Source: an uncultured Bacteroidales bacterium (lineage in GTDB: Bacteria; Bacteroidota; Bacteroidia; Bacteroidales; UBA1402). From it: a DNA stretch of 64,000 bases. Location: positions 1,981,550 to 2,045,549 of the forward strand of contig OW818699.1 of assembly GCA_942493385.1 (NCBI GenBank), in the 5' to 3' direction. A program made the translations under genes and the position numbers. Below are positions 19,457-29,186 of this stretch, in pieces (the first letter of the stretch is position 1; the number at the start of each line of letters is the position of its first letter). The notes under the pieces are model-generated. The model ran no database searches, had not been told where the DNA came from, and saw only the letters and a program-made list of their open reading frames with translations.

Positions 19457-22400
19457 ATGAAAGAAATGAGGATATTTTGGACGGCGCTGCTGTTGATTTC
19501 AACCCTTTCGGCTTCAGCCGGAACGTTGAAGGGTAAAGTGCTGTCTTCCGACAAAAAGCCTGTGACGGATGCTGTGGTCAGTTTTCCTGGATCAAAAACC
19601 GTACGTACCGCTACGGATGGTTCATTTGTCCTTGAAAATGTTAAAGAGGATGGTGTCATCAACGTCTGGGCTGATGGTTTCTACTCGCAGTCTGTAGCAT
19701 TGATGGGGCAGATGAACACGGTAGTCTATATGATTTCCCTGGACAAATACAAGTACAATCAAACCTTGGTTTTGCCCTTCCGAATGGAAGAAGGATTGTC
19801 GGAAGGATTTTCTTCCAGCAACCTGACCAAAAAGGACTTTGTACCCGGTATGCTTTCCATCGATAAAGCCCTGCAGGGTGAAGTCGCCGGCTTGAAGGTG
19901 ACCAATAAAAGTGGCATGACGGGCGAAGGCGCCTTCTTCAGCCTTCGTGGTTCTCGTTCGCTGGTGGCCGACAACGCTCCGCTCATCGTTTTGAATGGCA
20001 TTCCGTATATGCCCAACAAAAACGAGTCTCAGCTTATCAACGGCTATTCCCGTTCCATTTTTCAGTCGTTCAATCTCAATGATATACAGAACATTACTGT
20101 TTTAAAAGGGGCAGATGCCTCACTTTATGGTTCCTTGGGTTCCAATGGCGTGATTTTGATTGAAACCGATGGTGCCACGTTTGACGATATGAATACCAAG
20201 ATCAGTTATTACGGTCAGTTCGGCGTCAATTGGAACAAGAGCAGGATTCCGTTGTTGAACAATCAGGAATACAAATCCTACCTCTCCGATATCGGGATGA
20301 CGTACTACGACAACATGGAAACCTTTTTCAGCAATTTTCCCTTCCTGACCGATCCGAATAGCAATTATGCCTATCTGTATACGAATAAGACGGATTGGCA
20401 GAACGAGATCTACTCCAACAGCATGGTAACCGATCATCTCTTTCGGGTAGAAGGGGGCGATGCCATTGCCAAATACGACATTTCTCTGGGATATCAACAG
20501 GAAGACGGCACGTTGAAGAACACCGGAACCGATCGGTATCATACGCAGATTAACTCCAACGTATTGGTAAGCAAGCGTTTTGAGATTGCAACAACGGTTG
20601 GTTTGGCCTATTTGAGCGGCAATTACCAAGAGCAAGGCATGCTTTCGGCTACCAATCCCATGTTGGCTGCCTTTCAAAAAGCGCCTTTGTTGAGTCCCTA
20701 CAAATCCGATTTGGATGGGAATAAGCTGAAAACATATTCCAATTACTATTTTGGTACCTCCACCAACATGGATTTCGCATCCAGCAATCCGGTGGCCATG
20801 GTCAATACGCTTTCGGCCGAAAACAGGCAATACGATGTGAATGCCAAAGTCGCGCTCACTTACAAACCCAACAACGACTTGACCTTTAACGCCAACATTG
20901 GCTTGTATTACAATTACGATCAGGAAAGCATGTTCATTCCCGGTATCAACAACAGTGAAATCTTACCCTTGTACGACCAATACGGCATGGCGACCAATAC
21001 CGTTCGTGTCGGTATTGCTGAAACGTTCAACGTATTCTATGGGTTGAACGCTGCTTACCGCAAAACGATAGCCGAAATCCATCGTTTCAACCTGATTACA
21101 GGTATTCAGGTCATGACCACCAGTCAAGAATTCGATGCAGGTTCCGGCCGAAATACGCCCAACGATTTTTACCAGACCTTGGGTGATGTGAATACCATCG
21201 GCCGTTACTTCTTTGGCTACATCGATGCCTGGACATGGATGAATGCCTATGCGCATGCGGATTATACCTACAACAATTTGTTGAAGGCTTCCCTGAATGT
21301 TGCTGTAGACGGTGCGTCCTCCACAGGCCCGGATGCTGCCAGAACTGGTGTGTTCCCTTCTGTCGGCCTTACTTTCATGGCCAAGAACACCCCGATGCTT
21401 TCCGCCTCTTCGATGGTTAGCAAGCTGAACGTGCGGGCTGAGTATGGATTATCAGGAAACAGCCGCTTTTCTTCGAATTATGGCAAATATTATTACACCA
21501 GCAGGCCATATCAGGGCATTTCAGGCATTATCCGTGCCAATGTGCCGAATACCAAACTGAAGTGGGAAGAAGATTTGAATCTGAATCTCGGTGTGGATGC
21601 TTCCTTGTTCCACAATCTGTTGGATGTTTCGGCGGGATATTACAATACACAGGCTTCTGACGTGGTCATGATCAGTCCGACCTCTTCCATTTACGGAACT
21701 GGTGTTTATTACAGCAACGATGCCGCCATCAGTTCGGATGGGTTTGAATTGTCGCTTCAGGTTGCTCCGATCAACATCGGCGGTTTCTCCTGGATTCTGG
21801 GTGGAAACATCGCCACGTTGAACAACAAGGTGACGTCTCTTGGAAGTATTGACGAAACCAAGATTACCTTGTCCGACGGTGCTGAACTCTTAACCCGAGT
21901 AGGTGAGAATCCATATGCCTTCTACGGTTACCAAACCGATGGAGTCTATTCCACCACTTCCGAAGCAACTTCAGCCGGTTTGAAAAACAGGAACGGGCTT
22001 GCTTACCAAGCTGGGGATGTGCGTTACGTCAACCAAAACGGCGATGCATCCATCACCGATGCAGACAAGGTACTTTTGGGTTCGGCCACGCCCGATTATT
22101 ACGGCGGTTTCTACAGCAGATTCGAATACAAGGGTGTCGCCCTCGATTTCAACTTTGCTTATTCGGTGGGCAATGACGCTTACAATGCGGTACGCCGTTC
22201 GTTGGAATCGGTTTCCGATTTTAGCAATCAAAGCAAAGCGGTGGTTCGTCGCTGGACCATGGAAGGTCAGGTAACGGATGTGCCTCGCGCCAAATGGGGC
22301 GATGCCATTGGAAACAACAACTTTTCCGACCGTTGGATCGAAGATGCCTCTTATTTGAAATTGCGCGATGTCACGCTGAGTTATACGTTCAAGAAATCGC

Positions 22401-22582
22401 TCTGGGATTTTTTCCAATCTGGAACCATCTACCTGACCGGACAAAACTTGTTCACCATGACCAAATACCTTGGCTTGAGTCCTGAGTTCTCCTATTCCTA
22501 CAGTGATGCCTTGCAAGGTATTGATTATGCCAAGGTGGCACAACCCAAGACCGTCAAGATGGGTGTTAATTTGAAATTCTGA
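19457..22582 (+). CDS. susC: SusC/RagA-family TonB-dependent transporter (2)
   Basis: Plug motifs LRGSRS..APLIVLNGIP and DIQNITVLKGADASLYGSLGSNGVILIET; C-terminal MGVNLKF. Confidence 0.93.
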   Translation: MKEMRIFWTALLLISTLSASAGTLKGKVLSSDKKPVTDAVVSFPGSKTVRTATDGSFVLENVKEDGVINVWADGFYSQSVALMGQMNTVVYMISLDKYKYNQTLVLPFRMEEGLSEGFSSSNLTKKDFVPGMLSIDKALQGEVAGLKVTNKSGMTGEGAFFSLRGSRSLVADNAPLIVLNGIPYMPNKNESQLINGYSRSIFQSFNLNDIQNITVLKGADASLYGSLGSNGVILIETDGATFDDMNTKISYYGQFGVNWNKSRIPLLNNQEYKSYLSDIGMTYYDNMETFFSNFPFLTDPNSNYAYLYTNKTDWQNEIYSNSMVTDHLFRVEGGDAIAKYDISLGYQQEDGTLKNTGTDRYHTQINSNVLVSKRFEIATTVGLAYLSGNYQEQGMLSATNPMLAAFQKAPLLSPYKSDLDGNKLKTYSNYYFGTSTNMDFASSNPVAMVNTLSAENRQYDVNAKVALTYKPNNDLTFNANIGLYYNYDQESMFIPGINNSEILPLYDQYGMATNTVRVGIAETFNVFYGLNAAYRKTIAEIHRFNLITGIQVMTTSQEFDAGSGRNTPNDFYQTLGDVNTIGRYFFGYIDAWTWMNAYAHADYTYNNLLKASLNVAVDGASSTGPDAARTGVFPSVGLTFMAKNTPMLSASSMVSKLNVRAEYGLSGNSRFSSNYGKYYYTSRPYQGISGIIRANVPNTKLKWEEDLNLNLGVDASLFHNLLDVSAGYYNTQASDVVMISPTSSIYGTGVYYSNDAAISSDGFELSLQVAPINIGGFSWILGGNIATLNNKVTSLGSIDETKITLSDGAELLTRVGENPYAFYGYQTDGVYSTTSEATSAGLKNRNGLAYQAGDVRYVNQNGDASITDADKVLLGSATPDYYGGFYSRFEYKGVALDFNFAYSVGNDAYNAVRRSLESVSDFSNQSKAVVRRWTMEGQVTDVPRAKWGDAIGNNNFSDRWIEDASYLKLRDVTLSYTFKKSLWDFFQSGTIYLTGQNLFTMTKYLGLSPEFSYSYSDALQGIDYAKVAQPKTVKMGVNLKF

Positions 22583-22587
22583 TTGAT

Positions 22588-24237
22588 ATGAAAACGATAC
22601 TGAAAACTTTTCTCCTGGTTCTACTTGTAGCTGGAACCAGCAGTTGTAAAGACTTCTTCAACCCTGAAACGGACGATGTGCTGTTGGGAAAAGATTATAT
22701 TTCCGCACAAACCGAAATGTATACCGGTTACCTGGGTATCATCACCAAGATGCAGGAAGTCGGCGACAAATCCATTTTCCTCACCGATACGCGAGGTGAA
22801 TTATTGGAGCCTACTTCCAACACGCCTTCAGAACTCATCGCCATCTACAATTATTCGGACGACACGACCAGCAACGGTTATGCAGACCCGGCAGGTTATT
22901 ACGATGTGGTCATTGCCTGCAACGACTTTATGTCCAATATGAAACAATACCGTGAGGATTATACCGAATCGGTCAATGAGGAACATTACAGATGCCTTAT
23001 CAGCTCTACGTTGCGCATAAAGACTTGGGCCTATCTCACCATCGGTAAGATTTACGGCAAAGCCCTTTGGTTTGACGACCCAATGATCAAGATTCAGGAT
23101 TTGAAAGACACGGCCAAATTTGAGCTGAGAGATCTGGACGGCATCGTAACTGGTTGCAAGTCCTTGTTGACGGATGGTTTTGACGGAGTGGACGGTACAT
23201 TGACTTTTTCATGGTACCAATGGTTGGATCCGGAAACGGCACTGGCAGACAGCAAATACCGTTTCTGGGATTACATGACGCCGGATTATGCCGGACTCAT
23301 GGCCGAACTCTGTTTGTGGTCGGGCGATTATCAAACAGCTGCTACGTTGATGTTTGCAGCGCTGAACGAAAAGATATCATCCTCCACATCGGATGCGACA
23401 CCTTGGATTCGTAACGTCACGCTGAACGGAAACTATCAAACCATCTGGAATTACTCGAGTCCTTATGCACGTGAGGCGGTGAGCGCCATCATCTACAGTT
23501 ATGCCAACAACCAGACCAACAGCTTGTTGAAGCACTTTGGGACGGCATATCCCAATCAATACCTGTTGCGTCCATCTCAAGTTGGCCGTGACCGTTTCAG
23601 CGACCCTGTTTTCAACCCAAAAGGTTCGGGTGGAGAAACACGAATGGGGGTGACCTTCAAGTTGGATTCTGAAGGAAGGTATTACATCTCGAAATTCCGC
23701 CCGAACAGTTCGGTACGTACGTATCCCTATCAGGACGATGTGCACATTTACATTTACCGTGCATCGGAATATCATTTCATGTTGGCCGAAGCCTTGAACA
23801 ATCTAGGCCGTCTGGAAGAAGCCGCTGCAGTGATCAACGGTGGTGTGGGTGGCCGATTCCCCAACGGTGGTGTCACCTGGGCTGGTTTTACCAACGACTG
23901 GACAGGATCCACGGCACTTGGAACCCGGAAGTATTACAATGTCGGCATCCGTGGTACCTTCCAACTGGCAAACCGTCCCTTTACAACCGCTGCTTCCGTC
24001 GAAGGAATGGCAGCCGCCAAAAAATTCAATGATATGGCGATGATGGATGAAATGCTGCTTGAGTTTCCCTGCGAAGGTAAGATTTACCCTGCTATGATCC
24101 GTGTGGCCAGACGTTGGAACGATTACAACATCATTGCCGATCGGGTATGTCCGAAATATGGCGACAAATCGGAAGAAATTAGAGCCAAAATTTTAAACGG
24201 CGGGTATTTCGTGCCTTGGGATTTGCAGGTAAAATGA
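22588..24237 (+). CDS. susD: SusD/RagB-family lipoprotein (2), divergent
   Basis: Lipobox GTSSC; directly follows susC; IYRASEYHFMLAEALNNLG; degenerate C-terminal motif EMLLEFPCEGKIYPAMIR. Confidence 0.85.
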   Translation: MKTILKTFLLVLLVAGTSSCKDFFNPETDDVLLGKDYISAQTEMYTGYLGIITKMQEVGDKSIFLTDTRGELLEPTSNTPSELIAIYNYSDDTTSNGYADPAGYYDVVIACNDFMSNMKQYREDYTESVNEEHYRCLISSTLRIKTWAYLTIGKIYGKALWFDDPMIKIQDLKDTAKFELRDLDGIVTGCKSLLTDGFDGVDGTLTFSWYQWLDPETALADSKYRFWDYMTPDYAGLMAELCLWSGDYQTAATLMFAALNEKISSSTSDATPWIRNVTLNGNYQTIWNYSSPYAREAVSAIIYSYANNQTNSLLKHFGTAYPNQYLLRPSQVGRDRFSDPVFNPKGSGGETRMGVTFKLDSEGRYYISKFRPNSSVRTYPYQDDVHIYIYRASEYHFMLAEALNNLGRLEEAAAVINGGVGGRFPNGGVTWAGFTNDWTGSTALGTRKYYNVGIRGTFQLANRPFTTAASVEGMAAAKKFNDMAMMDEMLLEFPCEGKIYPAMIRVARRWNDYNIIADRVCPKYGDKSEEIRAKILNGGYFVPWDLQVK

Positions 24238-25391
24238 AACGAGCACTAATTTTCCTTTGCCTTTTTCTAATAGGCTTTCCGCTTTCCGCAACCAAATGGT
24301 CCCAAAAAATGGCCGACTCCGAAATGAAACGATTTCCGGAGCTTTGGCAGTACGATTATGGAAAACGACTGTATTTTGGCTATACCCAAGGATTGGGCGG
24401 TTTGTCGTTCGAGAAAATGTACAATGCTACTGGTGAGCAGAAGTATTGGGATTATGTCTATAAATGGGCAGACACCATCATCGGCAAGGATGGTTCCATC
24501 TGGTTGTACAAGCGCTCGGATTACAACCTGGATTTCATCAATGCAGGGAAAACCTTGTTTCAGCTTTTTTCTAAAACCGGGGAGTTGCGTTTTCGCATGG
24601 CAATGGATACCCTGTTGCAACAGTTTGAGGGGCATCCTAGGACGGCTGACGGTGGTTTCTGGCATAAGAAGATCTACACGCACCAAATGTGGTTGGACGG
24701 CCTTTATATGGCTTCCCCCTTCCTTTCTCAATACGGTTTGATGTTCAATAAGCCCGAATACATCGATCAAGCTGTTTATCAATTGATCACAGTGGCAAAG
24801 CATACCTACGACGCCAAAGCAGGTCTTTACAAGCACGCTTGGGATGAAAGTCGCAGTCAGAAATGGGCGGACCCTGTAACCGGACAATCGCCCAACTTCT
24901 GGGGCCGCAGCATCGGCTGGTACGCGCTTGCATTGGTGGACAACCTGGATTTTATCCCCGTCAATCATCCACAACGTCCTGAAGTACTTGCAATTGTAAA
25001 AACGCTGGCTGATGGAATGAAGCGGTATCAAGATCCAAAAACCGGTCTTTGGTACCAAGTGGTGAATAAGGGCGATATGAAAGGGAACTACTTGGAAGGC
25101 TCTGTTTCCAGCATGATGACGTATTTTTACGCCAAAGCAGTCAACAAAGGGTATTTGCCTTTGAGCTACAAAAAAGTGGCCTTGAAGTCGTTCAATGGCA
25201 TTCTCAAAAACTTGATTAAAAAGAATCCCGACGGAACCATCTCCATCACCCATTGCTGTGCGGTAGCCGGTTTGGGAGGCAATCCCTACCGCGATGGTTC
25301 GTACGAATACTACATTGGGGAAACTGTTCGGGACAACGACGGCAAAGCTACAGGTGTTTTTATACAGGCCTGTTTGGAGTTGAATAAATAG
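24234..25391 (+). CDS. GH105 unsaturated rhamnogalacturonyl/galacturonyl hydrolase (YteR-like)
   Basis: Signal peptide; YNLDFINAGK, GFWHKKIYTHQMWLDGLYM, FWGRSIGW, YLEGSVS, AGLGGNPYRDGSYEYY. The ATG overlaps the susD stop. Confidence 0.93.
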   Translation: MKRALIFLCLFLIGFPLSATKWSQKMADSEMKRFPELWQYDYGKRLYFGYTQGLGGLSFEKMYNATGEQKYWDYVYKWADTIIGKDGSIWLYKRSDYNLDFINAGKTLFQLFSKTGELRFRMAMDTLLQQFEGHPRTADGGFWHKKIYTHQMWLDGLYMASPFLSQYGLMFNKPEYIDQAVYQLITVAKHTYDAKAGLYKHAWDESRSQKWADPVTGQSPNFWGRSIGWYALALVDNLDFIPVNHPQRPEVLAIVKTLADGMKRYQDPKTGLWYQVVNKGDMKGNYLEGSVSSMMTYFYAKAVNKGYLPLSYKKVALKSFNGILKNLIKKNPDGTISITHCCAVAGLGGNPYRDGSYEYYIGETVRDNDGKATGVFIQACLELNK

Positions 25392-25417
25392 TTGATTTGC
25401 ACCGTTATGGTGATACT

Positions 25418-25458
25418 AAAAAACCGTCCTTTCAGATCGTGGGGACGGTTTTGTTTTT
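25418..25458. terminator. Bidirectional intrinsic terminator ending the PUL and the opposing wecA-like transcript
   Basis: AAAAAA-CCGTCCT...GGGGACGG-TTTTGTTTTT, a GC stem flanked by A- and T-runs between convergent genes. Confidence 0.8.
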
Positions 25459-26493
25459 CTTGACAAACAAGTAAACCACGGTTGTTTCAAATGCCGCAGC
25501 CAGCAAAATGACAATGATTGAGCTGTAAATGCCTTTCATGAACCCTGTTAGCAAAGCGACAGCAACCATGGTCAAATTAAAACCGACCAACGTCAGTGTA
25601 ACTGCTTTCTGGCTCAGTCCAAGTCCAAGTAATCGGTGGTGGGTATGCCGTTTGTCGGCATTGAACGGAGAGAGCTTTAGGTATGTGCGTATTCCGATGA
25701 CGGTGATCATGTCCATGATGGGAACGATCAAAAGGGCCAATGCGAGGGTGGTGGGGTTCTTGACTGTAATCAAACCGAGCCTGAGTGGCTCCATATTGCT
25801 GAGTTTGATGGCAAATACGGCGATAAAGACCCCAAGCAACATCGAACCAATGTCACCCATGAATATTTTGGCAGGATTCCAGTTGAAAAGCAAGAAACCA
25901 AGGGTGCTTCCTGCTAACGCCAAGGACATGAAAGCGTAGGAATTTTCTCCGTATTGATAAAAAACGCCACCGAATATCATAAAGATGCAGAAGGCAATGG
26001 AAGCGGCCAATCCATCGATTCCGTCAATGAAATTCATGGCATTTATGATGGCAACGATGAAAACCATCGTAAGGATCATGTTGGCGATTACTGCCCATAT
26101 ACCGTCAGAACCAAAGAACGGAATGTGGTAAAAATAAACCTGACCTACCAGTACGATGATAAAGGCAATGAGAAACTGGAAAAACAGACGCAGTATAGGC
26201 GCAGTGGAAATCAAATCGTCTTTCAGTGCTACGAAGAAAAGCAATACGGAAGCTGCGCAGAGGGCGCTCAGTTCGACAGAGTCGCATAAAACCCTGAACA
26301 TCAAGGTGCTGAAATAGAATCCAAGAAAAATGGCTACACCACCCAGATTCGGTATGCTTTTGGTATGGATTTTCCGTTTTTCGGATGGCTTATCAAACAA
26401 TGATTTCTCGTTGGCTACTTTGATGATACTGGGAACCGACACCAGAGAAACAATGAATGAAGTCAGGAAAACGAGTAGAGGTGTATACTGCAT
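25432..26493 (-). CDS. MraY-family undecaprenyl-phosphate GlcNAc-1-phosphate transferase (WecA/TagO-like)
   Basis: Polytopic membrane protein with IPNLGGVAIF, KDDL, NAMNFIDGIDGLA, FNWNPAKIFMGDIGS and DKRHTHHRL. Confidence 0.9.
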   Translation of the reverse strand: MQYTPLLVFLTSFIVSLVSVPSIIKVANEKSLFDKPSEKRKIHTKSIPNLGGVAIFLGFYFSTLMFRVLCDSVELSALCAASVLLFFVALKDDLISTAPILRLFFQFLIAFIIVLVGQVYFYHIPFFGSDGIWAVIANMILTMVFIVAIINAMNFIDGIDGLAASIAFCIFMIFGGVFYQYGENSYAFMSLALAGSTLGFLLFNWNPAKIFMGDIGSMLLGVFIAVFAIKLSNMEPLRLGLITVKNPTTLALALLIVPIMDMITVIGIRTYLKLSPFNADKRHTHHRLLGLGLSQKAVTLTLVGFNLTMVAVALLTGFMKGIYSSIIVILLAAAFETTVVYLFVKKNKTVPTI

Positions 26494-26564
26494 AGCGTTC
26501 CGTTAAGATTTATAAATAAAACTCAACAGATTGCTATTTATTGTATGGGAGAACGATATTTTTT

Positions 26565-28454
26565 TCAATTGATATCTTCCTTCTCCAGAATGTTGGTGGG
26601 AACAAATTCGAGGAAGTCAATTTGGAACTGTCCACCGCTCAAACCCTTGACCATGATCTGGTGGGTTCCATCTTTTGGGAAGGTGTAGATGCCTAGGATT
26701 TTACGTAGATTGCTGCCGTTGTATCTGGCACTGCTACCGGCGTACCAGGACTCCACCACAGCCTTGAAACTGTTCGGCCCTTTCATGTAGCCACGGTTGC
26801 GCATCATTTTGTCATTCTGGAACCCGAGCATATCGTCAGCGTCCGTTCCTGGAGTGATATAACCGATCTGTGTATTGGATCCCAGCGTATTCAAGTTCAC
26901 CGGCACCCCTGACGGAACCCCGTCCACATAAAATTGAGCGACGCCGCGTCTGCCATTGGATTGGTAACCAAATCGAACTTCGTAGGTTCCGGCGGGTACT
27001 GGGGGTGTCGTGACCGTAAAATCATAGAGTTTGCCGTTTTGTACCACCAGAAAGACTTCATCGCCTTCGTAATTCATCAATTTGTCATGTGCGTTCGAAT
27101 AGCATACGACGGTCTGTTCCGTGCATTGCAATTTGTCAAGATAGCCTTTGGGCAAAGCGTTTCGATACAGCAAAGCGCCATTGTCGCTTGGTCTGCCACG
27201 CATGTTGTTGTTGGTCAGCTCTGGAAAAATGCTGGCGAAATCGAAACGCAACCTCTTGGAACACATTTCTCCGTAAACATCGGCGTTATAGGTCAACATG
27301 TCATCTAGTTCGTGGTAATACCCATTTACCGACTGATTGTCATAATTGCTCGAAACAATACCGATGTATTTGCCTGTCTCACTGTTGGTGTTGAATCGGT
27401 TCCCGGTTTGAGAAATGCGGTCGAATTTTACTTCCAACAACGTGTTCGGACACATGGTTTCGATGTATTCATACAAATCGACCACTTTGGACATGTGAGC
27501 CGTGTAATAATCATTAATAAACTTCGTGTAGCTTATTTGCTTGTCAATGAGGTGATAAGCGATAAAGCGATTCAAACTGTTCGAACGGTTGGTGATGTCC
27601 TCAATGCTTGCATCGGCAGGATAGACCTCGTCATAGATGCTTTTTGCGTATTGTTTCATGCTGTTGAGGTCGGTAATGCCGTGTTCCCTCATGGTCTTGT
27701 CACTTTCCATCAACAGGGTATAGCCATATTTGCGGGAAGTCGGGGCATGGCGTTCACTGGCAATGGTCGTGTTGACTGCTGCCTCCAGCTCAGCAATCTG
27801 ACCAATGGTCAGACTGTAGCTTTCATCAATGGTGCGAAGCAAGGAGTCGACCAGTCCGGTTGCTTCCAATGCCCTGTAAAACAGGCTGAATGTCGAATCT
27901 TTTGAAATCACGGCTACAATTCCGTCGCGTACCGGATCCAGGTTTTTGTCGATGGCGTGTATCACACCGTTGTGCACCAAAATGTCTTTTTGAATGATTT
28001 TGGAATCTTTATTGACGTACGTTCCGGTATCATGAAAGGAGATCAACAAGGAACGATCGCTCATGGAAAGCGCTGGCAGGACACCTTTGCGGAAATCGAC
28101 GGCAAAAAGGGTCGTTCCATTGATGATGTGATCGAAAGCCATTTGTTTCAGGCTGTCGGGTGTAAAATCCTCGAGCGCATTTTTTCCCTTGAATTTGTAA
28201 AACGTACGCATGGCCTTGTTGGTGGGGGCAAAGCAGGTGTAGGAACCATAGGAGTTTACCAAACCCTTGATCTTGGTCATCTCTATCAATTTGGCGAATT
28301 CCGAGAATGTGGTATCCGATTCAAGATACTGCCCCAACAATTTTTCTTTGAAGGTATACAGGTTTCCACCCACATCATCCGAGTTGCAGGAGGTCAACAA
28401 ACCGATGCAAAGCAGGCTAAAAAAGGTGGATTTAAGTACGATTCGTTTTAACAT
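26565..28454 (-). CDS. Orphan fasciclin-domain lipoprotein with a C-terminal beta-sandwich (DUF5108-like)
   Basis: Lipobox LLTSC; TCFAPTNKAM, NGVIHAIDKNL, NGYYHELDDML, LRFDFASIFPELTNN. Confidence 0.85.
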   Translation of the reverse strand: MLKRIVLKSTFFSLLCIGLLTSCNSDDVGGNLYTFKEKLLGQYLESDTTFSEFAKLIEMTKIKGLVNSYGSYTCFAPTNKAMRTFYKFKGKNALEDFTPDSLKQMAFDHIINGTTLFAVDFRKGVLPALSMSDRSLLISFHDTGTYVNKDSKIIQKDILVHNGVIHAIDKNLDPVRDGIVAVISKDSTFSLFYRALEATGLVDSLLRTIDESYSLTIGQIAELEAAVNTTIASERHAPTSRKYGYTLLMESDKTMREHGITDLNSMKQYAKSIYDEVYPADASIEDITNRSNSLNRFIAYHLIDKQISYTKFINDYYTAHMSKVVDLYEYIETMCPNTLLEVKFDRISQTGNRFNTNSETGKYIGIVSSNYDNQSVNGYYHELDDMLTYNADVYGEMCSKRLRFDFASIFPELTNNNMRGRPSDNGALLYRNALPKGYLDKLQCTEQTVVCYSNAHDKLMNYEGDEVFLVVQNGKLYDFTVTTPPVPAGTYEVRFGYQSNGRRGVAQFYVDGVPSGVPVNLNTLGSNTQIGYITPGTDADDMLGFQNDKMMRNRGYMKGPNSFKAVVESWYAGSSARYNGSNLRKILGIYTFPKDGTHQIMVKGLSGGQFQIDFLEFVPTNILEKEDIN

Positions 28455-28458
28455 TCAA

Positions 28459-28466
28459 CAAATGTA
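28459..28466 (-). promoter_or_regulatory. -7 promoter element (TACATTTG) 4 nt upstream of the fasciclin ATG
   Basis: The minus strand reads TACATTTG-TTGA-ATG. Confidence 0.55.
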
Positions 28467-28590
28467 GATAGTTTTGCATGGATTTAGGATTGAATAACAT
28501 TCATTTTGGAAGAATATCTTGTCAAAAAACATACTTTTTTCCTTCATGATACGTTCTATCTATGCCGTTGTTGGCTTTAAATCCTAAATA

Positions 28591-29181
28591 ATGATCGAAT
28601 TTATAAAAGGCGAGGTGGAAACGCTGACGCCGACAAGTGTGATCCTTGAAAACCAAGGGCTGGGTTATTACATCAACATCAGCCTGAATACGTTTGAAAA
28701 CCTTCAATCGCAGACCAGCTGTAAGCTCTTTATCCACGAAGCAATTCGGGAAGATGCCTACATCCTTTTCGGGTTCTCCACCAAGGAGGAACGCGCCACG
28801 TTTCAGCAATTGATCGGCGTATCAGGCGTGGGAGCGAACACCGCCCGCATGATATTGTCATCACTGTCCGTGCCTGAACTGGAAGCCTGCATTCTCGGCG
28901 AACACGTGGATGTGCTCAAAAGTGTCAAGGGCATTGGTTTGAAGACCGCCCAGCGCATCATTGTCGATTTGAAGGATAAAATTGGCAAAAATGCCACTGA
29001 CAATGTGCTATCAAGTTTGCATTCCTCCGCAAACAGCACCGTTCGGGACGAAGCCGTATCCGCACTTCAGATGCTTGGTTTCAATCCGTCTGCATCGGCC
29101 AAGGTAGTGGTTCAAATCCTGAAGGATTCACCTGCACTGCCTGTTGAACAAGTGATCAAGGCTTCTTTGAAAATGTTGTAA
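28591..29181 (+). CDS. ruvA: Holliday junction branch migration protein RuvA
   Basis: MIEFIKGEV..., IREDAYILFGF, LIGVSGVGANTA, VKGIGLKTAQRIIVDLKDK, EAVSALQMLGF. Confidence 0.97.
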   Translation: MIEFIKGEVETLTPTSVILENQGLGYYINISLNTFENLQSQTSCKLFIHEAIREDAYILFGFSTKEERATFQQLIGVSGVGANTARMILSSLSVPELEACILGEHVDVLKSVKGIGLKTAQRIIVDLKDKIGKNATDNVLSSLHSSANSTVRDEAVSALQMLGFNPSASAKVVVQILKDSPALPVEQVIKASLKML

Positions 29182-29186
29182 ACACG

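Noticed and set aside
24267-25253. 328-aa antisense ORF inside GH105
   Set aside because: Shadow ORF; no recognisable domain or promoter.
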